Below are positions 9,039-18,894 of a stretch of DNA of 64,000 bases, in pieces (within the stretch, counting starts at the first letter, position 1; each line of letters opens with the position of its first letter). The DNA is from Pseudobdellovibrionaceae bacterium (GTDB taxonomy: Bacteria > Bdellovibrionota > Bdellovibrionia > Bdellovibrionales > JAMPXM01). The notes below the pieces were generated by a model. The model saw only the letters and a list, made by a program, of their open reading frames with translations. It did not search any database and was not told the DNA's origin. The stretch spans positions 8,769-72,768 of the forward strand of contig CANHQR010000007.1 in NCBI GenBank assembly GCA_947462815.1, written 5' to 3'. The position numbers and the translations under genes are program-made.

Positions 9039-10223
9039 ATGGCAAAGATCGACGAGCTTTTCAAACTGATGGTTGCGGAAGGTGCATCCGACTTGCACGT
9101 CGTGGCCGGCTCTTCGCCCTATTTGCGCAAGAATGGCGACATGGTGAAGCTGGTGGATCGCCCGGTGCTGTCCTCTCAGGATGCCCAGGAACTCATTTTC
9201 GAAATTCTCTCCGAAAAACAAAAGAAAGACTTCATCACGCACTGGGAGCTCGACTGCTCGTACACCATTGAAGGCGTGGGTCGCTTTCGCGTGAACGTGT
9301 TCATGCAGCGAAAGGGCTTGGGTGCCGTCTTCCGCGTGATTCCCACGCGCATCAAAACCGTCGACGAGTTGGGTCTTCCCAAGGAAGTTCTCGACATGAT
9401 CAATGTCCATAAAGGTTTGATCTGCGTGACCGGCCCGACCGGCTCAGGTAAATCGACGACGCTTGCGGCGTTGATCCATCATATCAACGCCTCTCAGCAG
9501 TGCCACATTCTGACGATCGAAGATCCGATCGAATTCGTCCACCCTTCGCTCAAATCGCTGGTTAACCAGCGCGAGGTTCACGGGCATACGAAATCCTTCG
9601 CCAACGCACTGAAAGCCGCGCTTCGTGAAGATCCCGACGTGATTCTCGTCGGCGAGATGCGCGATCTTGAGACCATTCAGCTGGCGCTGTCGGCGGCAGA
9701 AACTGGTCACTTGGTGTTTGGAACCCTACACACAAACAACGCCCACAAAACGGTGGATCGAATTATCGACGTTTTTCCTGGCGATAAGCAGTCGCAGATT
9801 CGCGTCCAGCTTGCGGAATCTCTGCGCGGTGTTGTCGCGCAGGCCCTTTTGCCTCGTGCGGACGGCAAGGGTCGCGTCGCCGCTCTTGAAATCATGTTCA
9901 ATACCAAGGCCGTTGCGAACCTGATTCGCGAGGGCAAAACCTTTCAGATTCCTTCGCAGATGCAGACGGGTAAATCCGAAGGCATGCTGCCTTACGATAC
10001 CTCCATCGATCAGCTGATTCAGCGAGGTGTGATCACCAAAGAGATGGGTCTTGAATTCCTTGGCAAGGCCGAGAAGGTCACTTCCACTCCTGCCGCATCG
10101 GCAGGCCCGATGCCGGGTATGCCCGGTATGCCGGGCGCGGGAGGCGCACCCGCAACGGGTATGGCACCTCAGCCCCCCGGCGGCTTGGGCGGATTGGCCA
10201 GCAAGTTCAAAAAGTCGAGCTGA
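9039..10223 (+). CDS. pilT: Type IV pilus retraction ATPase PilT (twitching motility)
   Basis: 394 aa. Walker A GPTGSGKST, the Asp box, Walker B ILVGEMRD and the His box (HLVFGTLHTN) are present. There is a C-terminal Pro/Gly/Met-rich tail. No other pil genes lie nearby. Confidence 0.85.
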   Translation: MAKIDELFKLMVAEGASDLHVVAGSSPYLRKNGDMVKLVDRPVLSSQDAQELIFEILSEKQKKDFITHWELDCSYTIEGVGRFRVNVFMQRKGLGAVFRVIPTRIKTVDELGLPKEVLDMINVHKGLICVTGPTGSGKSTTLAALIHHINASQQCHILTIEDPIEFVHPSLKSLVNQREVHGHTKSFANALKAALREDPDVILVGEMRDLETIQLALSAAETGHLVFGTLHTNNAHKTVDRIIDVFPGDKQSQIRVQLAESLRGVVAQALLPRADGKGRVAALEIMFNTKAVANLIREGKTFQIPSQMQTGKSEGMLPYDTSIDQLIQRGVITKEMGLEFLGKAEKVTSTPAASAGPMPGMPGMPGAGGAPATGMAPQPPGGLGGLASKFKKSS

Positions 10224-10245
10224 TCGCTGTCGCCAACACGAACGA

Positions 10246-10695
10246 TCAAAAATCGAAATTCCAGCTGAGGCCAATGGCCTCAGACTGCGCAGCCAATTGT
10301 TGTTGAGCCCATCGATCTTCCGGCGGACTCCATTGAGGTTCCAAGCGCGGCTCGATGCGACCCTGTGATGAGGGTGTTCCGTAGAACTCGTCGGGATTCG
10401 TAGCGGCACCATACGTCACGATGGCCGTGCCGGCCATGATTCCGACTGCAAAACCGATCGCGATGTTCGAGAGCTTATCCTGGGGACGGCCATAAAAACT
10501 GAGCGTGGAAAGGCCGAGCACAGCGCCACCCAAACCCGCATAGAGAATTGTCGCCAACTGCTTGCGCGGTCCACCCACCGGAGGAGGCGCATCGTTGGGC
10601 GACTGTGCCCAGGCCGGCGCCGTCAACGCGAGGCTCATGGAGAGACAAAGCAGAGCGGCCATCAAGCTGCGGAACGACTTCTGGAATGCGATCAT
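10246..10695 (-). CDS. Secreted/membrane glycine-zipper protein of unknown function
   Basis: 149 aa. Signal peptide ending APAWA-QS, two Gly-rich hydrophobic segments (GLGGAVLGL, GFAVGIMAGTA), and a C-terminus ending in aromatic residues (SWNFDF). No family recognised. Confidence 0.5.
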   Translation of the reverse strand: MIAFQKSFRSLMAALLCLSMSLALTAPAWAQSPNDAPPPVGGPRKQLATILYAGLGGAVLGLSTLSFYGRPQDKLSNIAIGFAVGIMAGTAIVTYGAATNPDEFYGTPSSQGRIEPRLEPQWSPPEDRWAQQQLAAQSEAIGLSWNFDF

Positions 10696-10696
10696 A

Positions 10697-11083
10697 TTAC
10701 TTACTCTCCAAAATTTCTGTTACCGCCGTCTCGCCGTCGGTTTGGACCGTGAACTCACCAGGCTCCCAGCGACCGAAAATTTCTCGCGGAAGGCTCCCAG
10801 AGTCTTGCGAAACCACCTGACGCACCCGCAGCTCATGCACGGCCGCCCATATCGGACCACGACGAAGCGCCACTTCGAGCTGCTCGAGGCCTGTGACCTC
10901 TGCCTCAGCCACCAACTCCACACGACCGTCAGCCAAGTTGCGGACCCAGCCTCCGATCTGGAGCTGTCGAGCCTGCTTCTCCGCGAATCGGCGATAGCCG
11001 ACTCCCTGCACACGGCCGCTGATCAGATAGTGACGCACCTGAAGAGAGTTTTGAGCTTGCGGAAACGGCTGACGATTCGACAC
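10697..11083 (-). CDS. acyP: Acylphosphatase-domain protein (start uncertain)
   Basis: Acylphosphatase signature VRHYLISGRVQGVGYRRF...GWVRNLADGRVE. The track ORF (to 11170) abuts the deoC ATG with no spacer and would swallow the deoC SD and promoter. The real start is therefore probably internal, at in-frame GTGs at 11083 or 11038. There is a ~45-aa C-terminal extension. Confidence 0.6.
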   Translation of the reverse strand: MSNRQPFPQAQNSLQVRHYLISGRVQGVGYRRFAEKQARQLQIGGWVRNLADGRVELVAEAEVTGLEQLEVALRRGPIWAAVHELRVRQVVSQDSGSLPREIFGRWEPGEFTVQTDGETAVTEILESK

Positions 11084-11170
11084 TCTTGTGACATTCCAAT
11101 GTCTTGAGCGACGCGGATCAATGACTTTTTGCTCCGTGGAGCTTCGTTCGCTTGGAGAAAGTGAGTTCAC

Positions 11171-11875
11171 ATGAACACCGCGTCACAGCGCCCTCCGCCA
11201 CGTCAGCCCCGCGAGCTGGCCGGATTCATCGATCACACCTTGTTGAAGCCTGAGGCCGACGCCGCGGCCATTCGCAAACTTTGCGAGGAGGCGCGAACTC
11301 ACCAGTTCTTTGCGGTCTGCGTGAATGGCGCACATGTGCGATTGGCGAGTGAGGAATTACGCGAGAGCGGCGTCGCTGTGGCCTCTGTCGTGGGTTTTCC
11401 GCTGGGGGCCATGAGCTCCGCAGCCAAAGCTCGAGAAGCGGAACTGGCCGCACGCGACGGCGCACGCGAAATCGACATGGTCATGCGAATCGATTTGGCG
11501 AAGTCCGGCGTTTTCACCGGAGTGCGCGATGATATTCGCGAGGTCGTGCGGGCCGTCGAGGGCCAAGCCCTCGTCAAAGTGATTCTCGAGACAGGTCTGT
11601 TGAGCCTTGAAGAGATCTCACGAAGCTGTCGAGCGGCCGAAGAGGCGGGTGCCCACTTCGTCAAGACTTGCACGGGTTTTTCCACAGGCGCCGCCAGCGT
11701 CGAGCACGTTGCACTCATGCGTGATGCCGTCAGCGATCGCGTGCAGGTCAAAGCCAGCGGTGGTATTCGCGGCTGGGAGCAAGCGCGCGATCTCATTCTG
11801 GCAGGCGCTGACCGCTTAGGCACAAGCTCCGGCGTGCAACTCATCCAAGCTCTCACGAGCCGAGGTGGCTACTGA
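11171..11875 (+). CDS. deoC: Deoxyribose-phosphate aldolase
   Basis: 234 aa. FIDHTLLKPEA and the catalytic-Lys region FVKTCTGF...VKASGGIR are present. SD GGAGAAAG lies upstream of the ATG. Confidence 0.9.
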   Translation: MNTASQRPPPRQPRELAGFIDHTLLKPEADAAAIRKLCEEARTHQFFAVCVNGAHVRLASEELRESGVAVASVVGFPLGAMSSAAKAREAELAARDGAREIDMVMRIDLAKSGVFTGVRDDIREVVRAVEGQALVKVILETGLLSLEEISRSCRAAEEAGAHFVKTCTGFSTGAASVEHVALMRDAVSDRVQVKASGGIRGWEQARDLILAGADRLGTSSGVQLIQALTSRGGY

Positions 11876-13248
11876 TGAGCTTTCTTCCTGCTGAACTCAT
11901 CAAGAAAAAACGCGCCGGGAACGAACTGACGCGCGACGAGCTGCAATTTCTCATCGAAGGTTATGTCGCAGGTTCGATTCCCGATTATCAGATGAGTGCC
12001 TGGCTCATGGCGGTGTTCTTTCGCGGCATGACCGACGACGAAACCTGGACGCTTACCGAGCTGATGATGAACTCGGGGCATGTGTTCAAGTTTCCGCAGT
12101 TTCGCGGCATCGTCGACAAGCACTCCACAGGCGGCGTCGGCGATAAGACCAGTCTGATTCTCGCGCCAATTGTAGCGGCTGCGGGCTTAAAGGTTCCCAT
12201 GATCGCCGGGCGAGGCCTCGGCCACACCGGCGGCACCATCGACAAGCTCGAAAGTATCCCGGGATTTTCCGTCGCCTTGACGCGTGAGAAGTTCACACAA
12301 CAGTTGGCCAACCTGGGTGTGGCATTGATCGGACAGACCGAGGAAATCTGCCCGGCCGATAAAAAGATTTATGGGCTGCGCGATGTCACGGCCACAGTCG
12401 AATCATTGCCGCTCATTTGCGCGTCCATCATGTCGAAGAAGCTCGCTGAAGGCATCGAAACTCTGGTTCTTGACGTCAAATGCGGCAGCGGCGCCTTTAT
12501 GAAAACGGAAGCGGAGGCGCGCGCCCTCGCCGCCGGGTTGAAGCGCATTGGTCAACTGGCCGGTAAGTCTGTAACGGCCTTTATCACCGATATGAATGAG
12601 CCTCTGGGGCGCTTGATCGGCAACTCCGTCGAGGTCGAAGAGTGCTTGGCGATCTTGCGACGCGAGGATTTCCGATCCGGCACGCTGCACAGTATTTCTC
12701 GCAGGGAATTTTCGGACTGCGAGAAGCTCAGTGTTCAATTGGCGGGCGAGATGATCCACCTCTGCGGCGTCACGCGCACACGCGCCGAGGGTATTGCGCG
12801 GGCGCAAGAGATCTTGGAGTCCGGAGGCGCCTACTCGGCATTTCAAGACCTCATCCAACAGCAGGGCGGGCAGATTTCGCGCCTTCCCACGGCGCAAGTT
12901 CTCCGCGAAGTCACAAGTCCCGCTGCTGGGATTATGGACATGAATTGCGAAGCGATCGGCTACGCGGGCATCGCTCTCAAAGCGGGCCGAGCTGTGGCGA
13001 CCGATATCCTCGACCCGCAAGCAGGTCTGCAGATTCTGATTCGTCGGGGCGAACGCGTGGATCGAGGTCAGCCCGTGTTTCGAATCTTCGGAGGACCACA
13101 AACCCAGAATCTGGATGAGGCCGAACGCCGGCTTCTGGCCGCCTTGCAGATTCGGGATCCTGGAGCACTTTCGGGTGATGAGCTCGCGCGACTTCAGCAA
13201 TCCTTGCAAAATCGCAAGAACGGCGATTTGATTTTGGGAGAAGTTTGA
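11875..13248 (+). CDS. deoA: Thymidine/pyrimidine-nucleoside phosphorylase
   Basis: 457 aa. HSTGGVGDKTSL and GRGLGHTGGTIDKLESIPGF motifs are present. The start overlaps the deoC stop (TGATG). Confidence 0.9.
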   Translation: MSFLPAELIKKKRAGNELTRDELQFLIEGYVAGSIPDYQMSAWLMAVFFRGMTDDETWTLTELMMNSGHVFKFPQFRGIVDKHSTGGVGDKTSLILAPIVAAAGLKVPMIAGRGLGHTGGTIDKLESIPGFSVALTREKFTQQLANLGVALIGQTEEICPADKKIYGLRDVTATVESLPLICASIMSKKLAEGIETLVLDVKCGSGAFMKTEAEARALAAGLKRIGQLAGKSVTAFITDMNEPLGRLIGNSVEVEECLAILRREDFRSGTLHSISRREFSDCEKLSVQLAGEMIHLCGVTRTRAEGIARAQEILESGGAYSAFQDLIQQQGGQISRLPTAQVLREVTSPAAGIMDMNCEAIGYAGIALKAGRAVATDILDPQAGLQILIRRGERVDRGQPVFRIFGGPQTQNLDEAERRLLAALQIRDPGALSGDELARLQQSLQNRKNGDLILGEV

Positions 13249-13291
13249 TTGAACCCTTTGCGCTGAGCGCTTTTTAGAACAGGTGGCCCAC

Positions 13292-14119
13292 ATGATCGAC
13301 ACAAGTATTGTTCAGAGTCTGGAAGACTCCGTGAACTACGTGCGTTCGATCAGTAAACTGCGACCGAAGGTGGCCGTGGTTCTGGGCTCGGGTCTCGGCG
13401 CCTTCGTCAATCAGATGAAAGTGGAAGCGGCTCTGGCCTACAGCGACATTCCCGGCTTCATTCCGCCCACGGTCGAAGGCCACAAAGGTCGCTTATTTTT
13501 GGGTCACGTCGGCGCAACCCCCGTCGCCGTCTTGCAGGGTCGCGTGCATTACTACGAAGGCCACTCCATGCCCAGCGTCGTGCATCCGGTGCGAACGGCC
13601 GCGCTGCTCGGAGCCGAAGTTCTGGTGCTGACGAATTCAGCTGGTGGCCTGGATGCCACCATGAAGCCCGGCGACTTTATGGTGATCGAAGATCATCTGA
13701 ATTTGATGGGCGACAATCCCCTTCGCGGACCGAATCTCGCGCAGTTTGGTCCACGCTTTCCCGACATGACGGAAGCCTATGATCGTAAGCTCGTCGCCAT
13801 GATGTTGGAAGTGCTGAATAAGCTCGGCATTCGTCATCATCGCGGCGTGTACTGCGGCGTTGCAGGTCCTACCTATGAAACCCCCGCTGAAGTTCGCTAC
13901 TTGCAGCTGATCGGTGGCAAGGCTGTCGGCATGAGCACAGTGCCCGAGACCATTGCGGCCCATCACCTGGGTCTTCGCGTTTGCGCCCTCTCCTGCATCA
14001 CCAACCTTGCAGCCGGGCTATCGCAGTCGAAGCTTTCGCACGACGAAGTGACCGAGACGGCGAAGAACGTCGAACATCAGTTCGGTCAGTTCTTGGCCGA
14101 GTTCATCACTCGACTTTAG
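13292..14119 (+). CDS. punA: Purine nucleoside phosphorylase (trimeric PNP/PunA type)
   Basis: GSGLG...IPGF..PTVEGHKGRL..G......LQGRVHYYEGH and TNxAGG, GMSTVPE motifs are present. The start is either ATG 13292 or GTG 13283. Confidence 0.85.
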   Translation: MIDTSIVQSLEDSVNYVRSISKLRPKVAVVLGSGLGAFVNQMKVEAALAYSDIPGFIPPTVEGHKGRLFLGHVGATPVAVLQGRVHYYEGHSMPSVVHPVRTAALLGAEVLVLTNSAGGLDATMKPGDFMVIEDHLNLMGDNPLRGPNLAQFGPRFPDMTEAYDRKLVAMMLEVLNKLGIRHHRGVYCGVAGPTYETPAEVRYLQLIGGKAVGMSTVPETIAAHHLGLRVCALSCITNLAAGLSQSKLSHDEVTETAKNVEHQFGQFLAEFITRL

Positions 14120-14341
14120 TTTTTATCCCCCAAAGGCCTTGGACAGATCCCGACGAGCGTCCGGTTAACTGGACCGACGCCCTTTTCACCGAAAGGCGCG
14201 TCCACCTCTTGAATCGCTCAAGAACTCGACCAGCTCCCTCTTTGGGCTAGAACGCTTCGCGCGAAGGCGGTTCTGGACTAACCCTTTTTAGTCGAAAAAC
14301 CGACATTACTTTGCGGACCTTTGAGGGCCGTACCGTGAAAC

Positions 14342-14360
14342 CCGCTCTCGGAGCGGTTTT
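14342..14360 (+). terminator. Short hairpin plus T-run (possible terminator/attenuator)
   Basis: CCGCTC-tcg-GAGCGG followed by TTTT. It lies 220 nt after the punA stop and 45 nt before the S8 protease ATG. The stem is only 6 bp. Confidence 0.3.
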
Positions 14361-14405
14361 CCGGCCCCCCGCCAACTCGTGGCTTTGTTTCGACAGGAGG
14401 TCGAA

Positions 14406-15713
14406 ATGTCGGCAAAGAGGGACTTGTCGCCTGAATCGAGCGCCTCGCCGCGCACTCTGGGCAGCATCTTACAAGCTGCCGCCGCCATCGCTATTGCCGC
14501 AAGTGCTTTGCTGCTGACGGGATGTTTCGAGCAAGAAGAGACGCAAACCGCGAGCTTCCCGGAAACAAAACTCGAATGCCTCTCCACGGCTGTACCCAAC
14601 TCCTTTGTCATCGAATGGACGGATGGTTCACGCACCGTTGCTCGAGGTTGGACACGCGAAGAGTTCACGCGCGAAGTCTTTGAGCCGATGCAGGACGAAA
14701 TTCGCTTTGTCGAACAAGATCAGCGCGTCCAGCTGCATCCTTTTACGCAAGTCGAGTCCACGGAAGCGCAAGATCATTTTCAAGCCCAGTGGTCGCCCGA
14801 GCAATACGGGCAATTGCTGGTCGGCGCCGATCAGGTCTGGGCACAAGGTGTCCGCGGTTCTGGCGTGTTGGTCGCGGTGGTCGATTCGGGAATGGATCGA
14901 ACACATCCGATGTTGGCACCGCGCCTCTACACGAATGCGCGCGAAGTTGCGAGCAACGGCATTGATGACGATCAAAACGGTTACATTGATGACGTACAGG
15001 GCTACAACTTCTTCGCGGAATCCGGCGTCTTCGGCGACGCTTCAGGTCACGGTACGCATGTGGGCGGGATCATCGCCGCCGATCATTCGCAGAATGGCAT
15101 CGCGGGCATGGCACCCGCGGCTCAGCTCTTACCTCTCGGCTTTATGAGCCCCGAGGGCTCGGGCTCCATTGGCGACGCCGTCTTAGCGATCGAATACGCG
15201 GCCCAACAAGGAGCGAAAGTCATCAACGCCAGCTGGGGTGGCGCACCTTGCTCCACATCGCTACAAAAGATGATTCGCGATGCGGGAGAAAAAGGCGTTT
15301 TGTTCATCGCCGCCGCCGGAAATAGCGGGATCAGCTTGGACAACTATCCCGAGTATCCCGCCGCATTCAGTCTGGCGAATCAGCTCACCGTGGGAGCTTC
15401 GACCTCACGCGACTACACTGCGGGGTTCTCCAACTACTCCTACAACTTTGTAAATCTGTTCGCTCCTGGCTCGAACATCAACAGCACCTATCCCGGTGCG
15501 CGCACCGCGATCCTCTCAGGAACATCGATGGCTGCGCCCTTCGTGTCGGGCGCAGCCGCCCTTTTGTTCAGCGATCGGCCTCGAGCAACCCCCCAACAGA
15601 TCCGTCAGGCCCTCCTGGCCGGCGTGGATCAGGGCGGTTTTGCAGCCACAAGCCGAGGTCGCCTGAACGTGCGAAAGTCGCTGGATGAGATTCGCCGCCT
15701 CGTCGCACCCTGA
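14406..15713 (+). CDS. Subtilisin-like serine protease (peptidase S8), predicted lipoprotein
   Basis: Catalytic triad motifs VAVVDSGMD, GHGTHVGG and GTSMAAPFVSGAAAL. Lipobox LLTGC after a hydrophobic segment. AGGAGG SD 6 nt before ATG 14406; the track ORF begins 9 codons earlier. Confidence 0.85.
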   Translation: MSAKRDLSPESSASPRTLGSILQAAAAIAIAASALLLTGCFEQEETQTASFPETKLECLSTAVPNSFVIEWTDGSRTVARGWTREEFTREVFEPMQDEIRFVEQDQRVQLHPFTQVESTEAQDHFQAQWSPEQYGQLLVGADQVWAQGVRGSGVLVAVVDSGMDRTHPMLAPRLYTNAREVASNGIDDDQNGYIDDVQGYNFFAESGVFGDASGHGTHVGGIIAADHSQNGIAGMAPAAQLLPLGFMSPEGSGSIGDAVLAIEYAAQQGAKVINASWGGAPCSTSLQKMIRDAGEKGVLFIAAAGNSGISLDNYPEYPAAFSLANQLTVGASTSRDYTAGFSNYSYNFVNLFAPGSNINSTYPGARTAILSGTSMAAPFVSGAAALLFSDRPRATPQQIRQALLAGVDQGGFAATSRGRLNVRKSLDEIRRLVAP

Positions 15714-15876
15714 GCTTCGTCAAAGGCGCGCCGCATTAGGGCGCGCGACTGAGCGAAGTTTTGCATAACGCTCCGCAACCCCACTAGGTTCAGAGAGTTT
15801 CTTTGAAACCGACTGTTCCTTTTTGGGATGCAGGCTCCACACGCATCTCTTTAAGAATTCATGCGTGGTGAATGTT

Positions 15877-17178
15877 ATGCGCTACTTCATTTCCGATCTC
15901 AAAGACCATGTCGGGCAAAAGCTCGAACTCAAAGGTTGGGTTTACAACACTCGATCATCGGGCAAGGTGAAATTCCTCGAACTTCGCGATGGCACCGGTA
16001 TGGTGAGCTGCATCTTTTATAAAGGCGACAAGCCCGGCGAATGCTCGGCCGACATTTTCGACGGCTTCGAACAGTTCACCCAAGAGTCATCGGTCAAAAT
16101 CACGGGCATTGTTCGGCAACACCCCAAGCACCAAAACGTTTTTGAAATTGGCGTCGAGGCCGCGGAACTGATTCAACGAGCCGTGGAGTATCCGATCTCG
16201 CACAAAGAGCACGGCACAGACTTCCTCATGGAGAACCGCCACCTCTGGTTGCGCTCCAAGCGACAGGCCGCGATCCTCCGGGTTCGTCACGAGATCGTGC
16301 GCTCGATTCGCGATTTCTTTGACGGCCGGGGCTTCACCCTCACCGATGCGCCCATCTTCACGCCCAGCGCTTGCGAAGGCACCACCACTTTATTTGAGAC
16401 GCAGTACTTTGACGAGAAGGCGTATCTGTCTCAATCCGGCCAGCTCTATATGGAGGCCACGGCCGCAGCGCTCGGCAAAGTCTACTGCTTCGGCCCCACT
16501 TTCCGAGCCGAGAAGTCCAAAACGCGGCGCCACCTCATTGAATTTTGGATGGTCGAGCCTGAAGTCGCCTTCAGCGATCTCTATGACAACATGGAGTTGG
16601 CGGAGCAGTTCGTCGAGTACGTCGTGCAACGCACGATCAAAAACAAGGCCGAAGAGCTCAAAGTTCTCGAACGCGACATTTCCAAGCTGGAGCCCATCAA
16701 AGGCCCCTTCCCTCGCGTGCACTACGACGAAGCCGCGCAGATTATTAAAAAAGAGAATCCCAATTTTATCATCGGCGACGACTTCGGCGGCACGGATGAA
16801 ACGATCATTTCGTCGAAGTTCGAAAAGCCCGTGTTCGTGCACCACTATCCCGCAGCAATCAAAGCCTTCTACATGAAGGAAGATCCCGAGCAGGCCGGCA
16901 AATCGATGAGCTGCGACCTTCTCGCCACCGAGGGCTACGGAGAAATCATTGGCGGCGGGCAACGCGAGGACAATCTTGAGATTCTCCAGCGCAAAATCAA
17001 AGAGCACGAATTGCAAGAGAAAGACTTCGCTTGGTTTATGGATCTACGCCGCTACGGAAGCTTCCCCCACGCTGGTTTCGGGTTGGGAATCGAACGAACC
17101 GTGGCTTGGATCTGCGGATTACCTCATGTCCGCGAGACTATTCCGTTCCCACGTCTTTACGGACGCAGCTATCCCTAA
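15877..17178 (+). CDS. asnS: Asparaginyl-tRNA synthetase
   Basis: Class II motifs [21 protein letters not shown] and [22 protein letters not shown]. About 433 aa from the ATG at 15877 (MRYFISDL). Confidence 0.85.
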   Translation: MRYFISDLKDHVGQKLELKGWVYNTRSSGKVKFLELRDGTGMVSCIFYKGDKPGECSADIFDGFEQFTQESSVKITGIVRQHPKHQNVFEIGVEAAELIQRAVEYPISHKEHGTDFLMENRHLWLRSKRQAAILRVRHEIVRSIRDFFDGRGFTLTDAPIFTPSACEGTTTLFETQYFDEKAYLSQSGQLYMEATAAALGKVYCFGPTFRAEKSKTRRHLIEFWMVEPEVAFSDLYDNMELAEQFVEYVVQRTIKNKAEELKVLERDISKLEPIKGPFPRVHYDEAAQIIKKENPNFIIGDDFGGTDETIISSKFEKPVFVHHYPAAIKAFYMKEDPEQAGKSMSCDLLATEGYGEIIGGGQREDNLEILQRKIKEHELQEKDFAWFMDLRRYGSFPHAGFGLGIERTVAWICGLPHVRETIPFPRLYGRSYP

Positions 17179-17240
17179 AATTTGGTTTCATAATTTCTCG
17201 CCGACAGGTTGGTCGGCGAACTCACTTTGGGAGGTCGCAA

Positions 17241-18815
17241 ATGGCGACGATGCAAACAGAACCCAAGACGACAGCGGCGCGAGTCGCGGAGCTTGAGCGC
17301 CTCAATGAAGCCGCACTTGTGAGCGGCGGCGCCGACAAGATCGCCAAGCACAAGGAGGGCGGCCGCCTCTCCGCGCGCGAGCGTTTGGACGTCCTGCTGG
17401 ATCCCGGCAGCTTCGTCGAAATGGATCGTTTCGTCACACATCGCTCTCAGAATTTCGGTATGGGCGACAAGCGCATTCCCGGCGATGGCGTCATCACAGG
17501 TTACGGCCGCATCAACGGTAAGCCCGTTTATGTCTATTCGCAGGACTTCACCGTCTTCGGCGGATCGATGTCGCGAACTCAAGCCAACAAGATTTTGAAG
17601 ATCATGGAAATGGCGATGAAGAACGGCGCCCCGATCATCGGCATCAATGACTCAGGTGGAGCGCGCATTCAGGAAGGCGTTGAAGCCCTCGCCGGCTATG
17701 CCGACATTTTTTTGAAGAACACGCTGGCCTCGGGAGTGGTACCGCAAATCTCCGCGATCATGGGGCCCTCGGCGGGTGGCGCGGTTTACTCGCCCTCGAT
17801 CACCGACTTCATCTTCATGGTTAAAGACACGAGCTACATGTTCGTGACTGGCCCCGACGTCATCAAAGCCGTCACGCATGAAGACGTCACCAAAGAGCAG
17901 CTCGGTGGTGCCTCGGCCCACTCTTCGAAGTCGGGCGTCGCGCACTTTGCCGCCAACGACGACAAGCATTGCTTGCTGCTGATTCGAGAGCTGTTGAACT
18001 TCTTGCCGCCGAACAACGTCGATTCGCCGCCCATCGTTCCCACGACGGATCGACCGGATCGCGTCGAGGAGTCTCTCAATACCTTTATTCCCGACAATCC
18101 GAAGAAACCCTACGACATGCTTGAGCTCATCAAGATGACCGTCGACGAAGGCTACTTCCTCGAGATCCATCAGCATTACGCGAAGAATATCATCGTCGGC
18201 TTTGCACGTTACAATGGACGCTCGGTAGGGATCGTGGCCAATCAGCCCGCAGTTTTGGCAGGATGCTTGAACATCGAGGCCTCGCGAAAGGCCGCGCGCT
18301 TCATCCGTTTCTGCGATGCTTTCAATATTCCAATTGTCACCTTCGTCGATGTTCCGGGCTTCTTGCCGGGAACGGACCAAGAGTGGAACGGCATCATCAC
18401 CCACGGTGCGAAGCTACTCTACGCTTATGCGGAGGCGACGGTACCGAAGGTTACGGTGATCACTCGCAAGAACTACGGCGGCGCCTATTGCGTGATGAGC
18501 TCCAAGCATCTGCGCGGCGATGTGAATCTCGCCTACCCGACCGCCGAGATCGCCGTTATGGGTGCGGATGGAGCGGTCAATATCATCTTCCGCGAAGCCA
18601 TGAAGAAGGCGAAGGACCCCGTCGCGGAAAAGGCCAAGCTGGTCAGTGAGTACGAGGAGAAGTTTGCCAATCCCTATGTGGCGGCTGAACTGGGCTATGT
18701 CGATGAAGTGATCGAGCCGGCGATGACACGTCGACGCGTGATCGATGCGCTGGAAATGCTCAAGAACAAGCGCGACTCGAATCCGCCCAAGAAGCACGGA
18801 AATATTCCTCTTTAA
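17241..18815 (+). CDS. pccB: Propionyl-CoA carboxylase beta subunit / methylmalonyl-CoA carboxyltransferase
   Basis: Carboxyltransferase family ([32 protein letters not shown], ...AYAWP-type C-terminal half). GGGAGG SD before ATG 17241. The track ORF's upstream 70 codons overlap asnS and are rejected. Confidence 0.9.
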   Translation: MATMQTEPKTTAARVAELERLNEAALVSGGADKIAKHKEGGRLSARERLDVLLDPGSFVEMDRFVTHRSQNFGMGDKRIPGDGVITGYGRINGKPVYVYSQDFTVFGGSMSRTQANKILKIMEMAMKNGAPIIGINDSGGARIQEGVEALAGYADIFLKNTLASGVVPQISAIMGPSAGGAVYSPSITDFIFMVKDTSYMFVTGPDVIKAVTHEDVTKEQLGGASAHSSKSGVAHFAANDDKHCLLLIRELLNFLPPNNVDSPPIVPTTDRPDRVEESLNTFIPDNPKKPYDMLELIKMTVDEGYFLEIHQHYAKNIIVGFARYNGRSVGIVANQPAVLAGCLNIEASRKAARFIRFCDAFNIPIVTFVDVPGFLPGTDQEWNGIITHGAKLLYAYAEATVPKVTVITRKNYGGAYCVMSSKHLRGDVNLAYPTAEIAVMGADGAVNIIFREAMKKAKDPVAEKAKLVSEYEEKFANPYVAAELGYVDEVIEPAMTRRRVIDALEMLKNKRDSNPPKKHGNIPL

Positions 18816-18894
18816 TGGCCTCGTTTAATGGCCTGTGCAAAGGGCCTAGGGGCCCCGCGGGGCCCTCTCATTTAACTTTGAAAGTGGAGCGAGA

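Noticed and set aside
17031-17240. N-terminal extensions proposed by the ORF track for pccB (17031), the MltD-like gene (22740), sdhC (to 51256), etfB (51163), etfA (52361), uvrA (59632), asnS (15823), dapB (to 29036) and others.
   Set aside because: The extensions overlap the preceding gene or span obvious intergenic DNA. Internal ATG/GTG codons preceded by good Shine-Dalgarno sequences give canonical N-termini.
18815-18894. Direct repeat TTTAATGGCCT x2 and GC palindrome GGGGCCCCGCGGGGCCC between pccB and the biotin carboxylase gene, considered as a regulatory element.
   Set aside because: This is a short intercistronic spacer inside an obvious operon. The palindrome may simply stabilise or process the mRNA, and there is nothing to tie it to a specific function.
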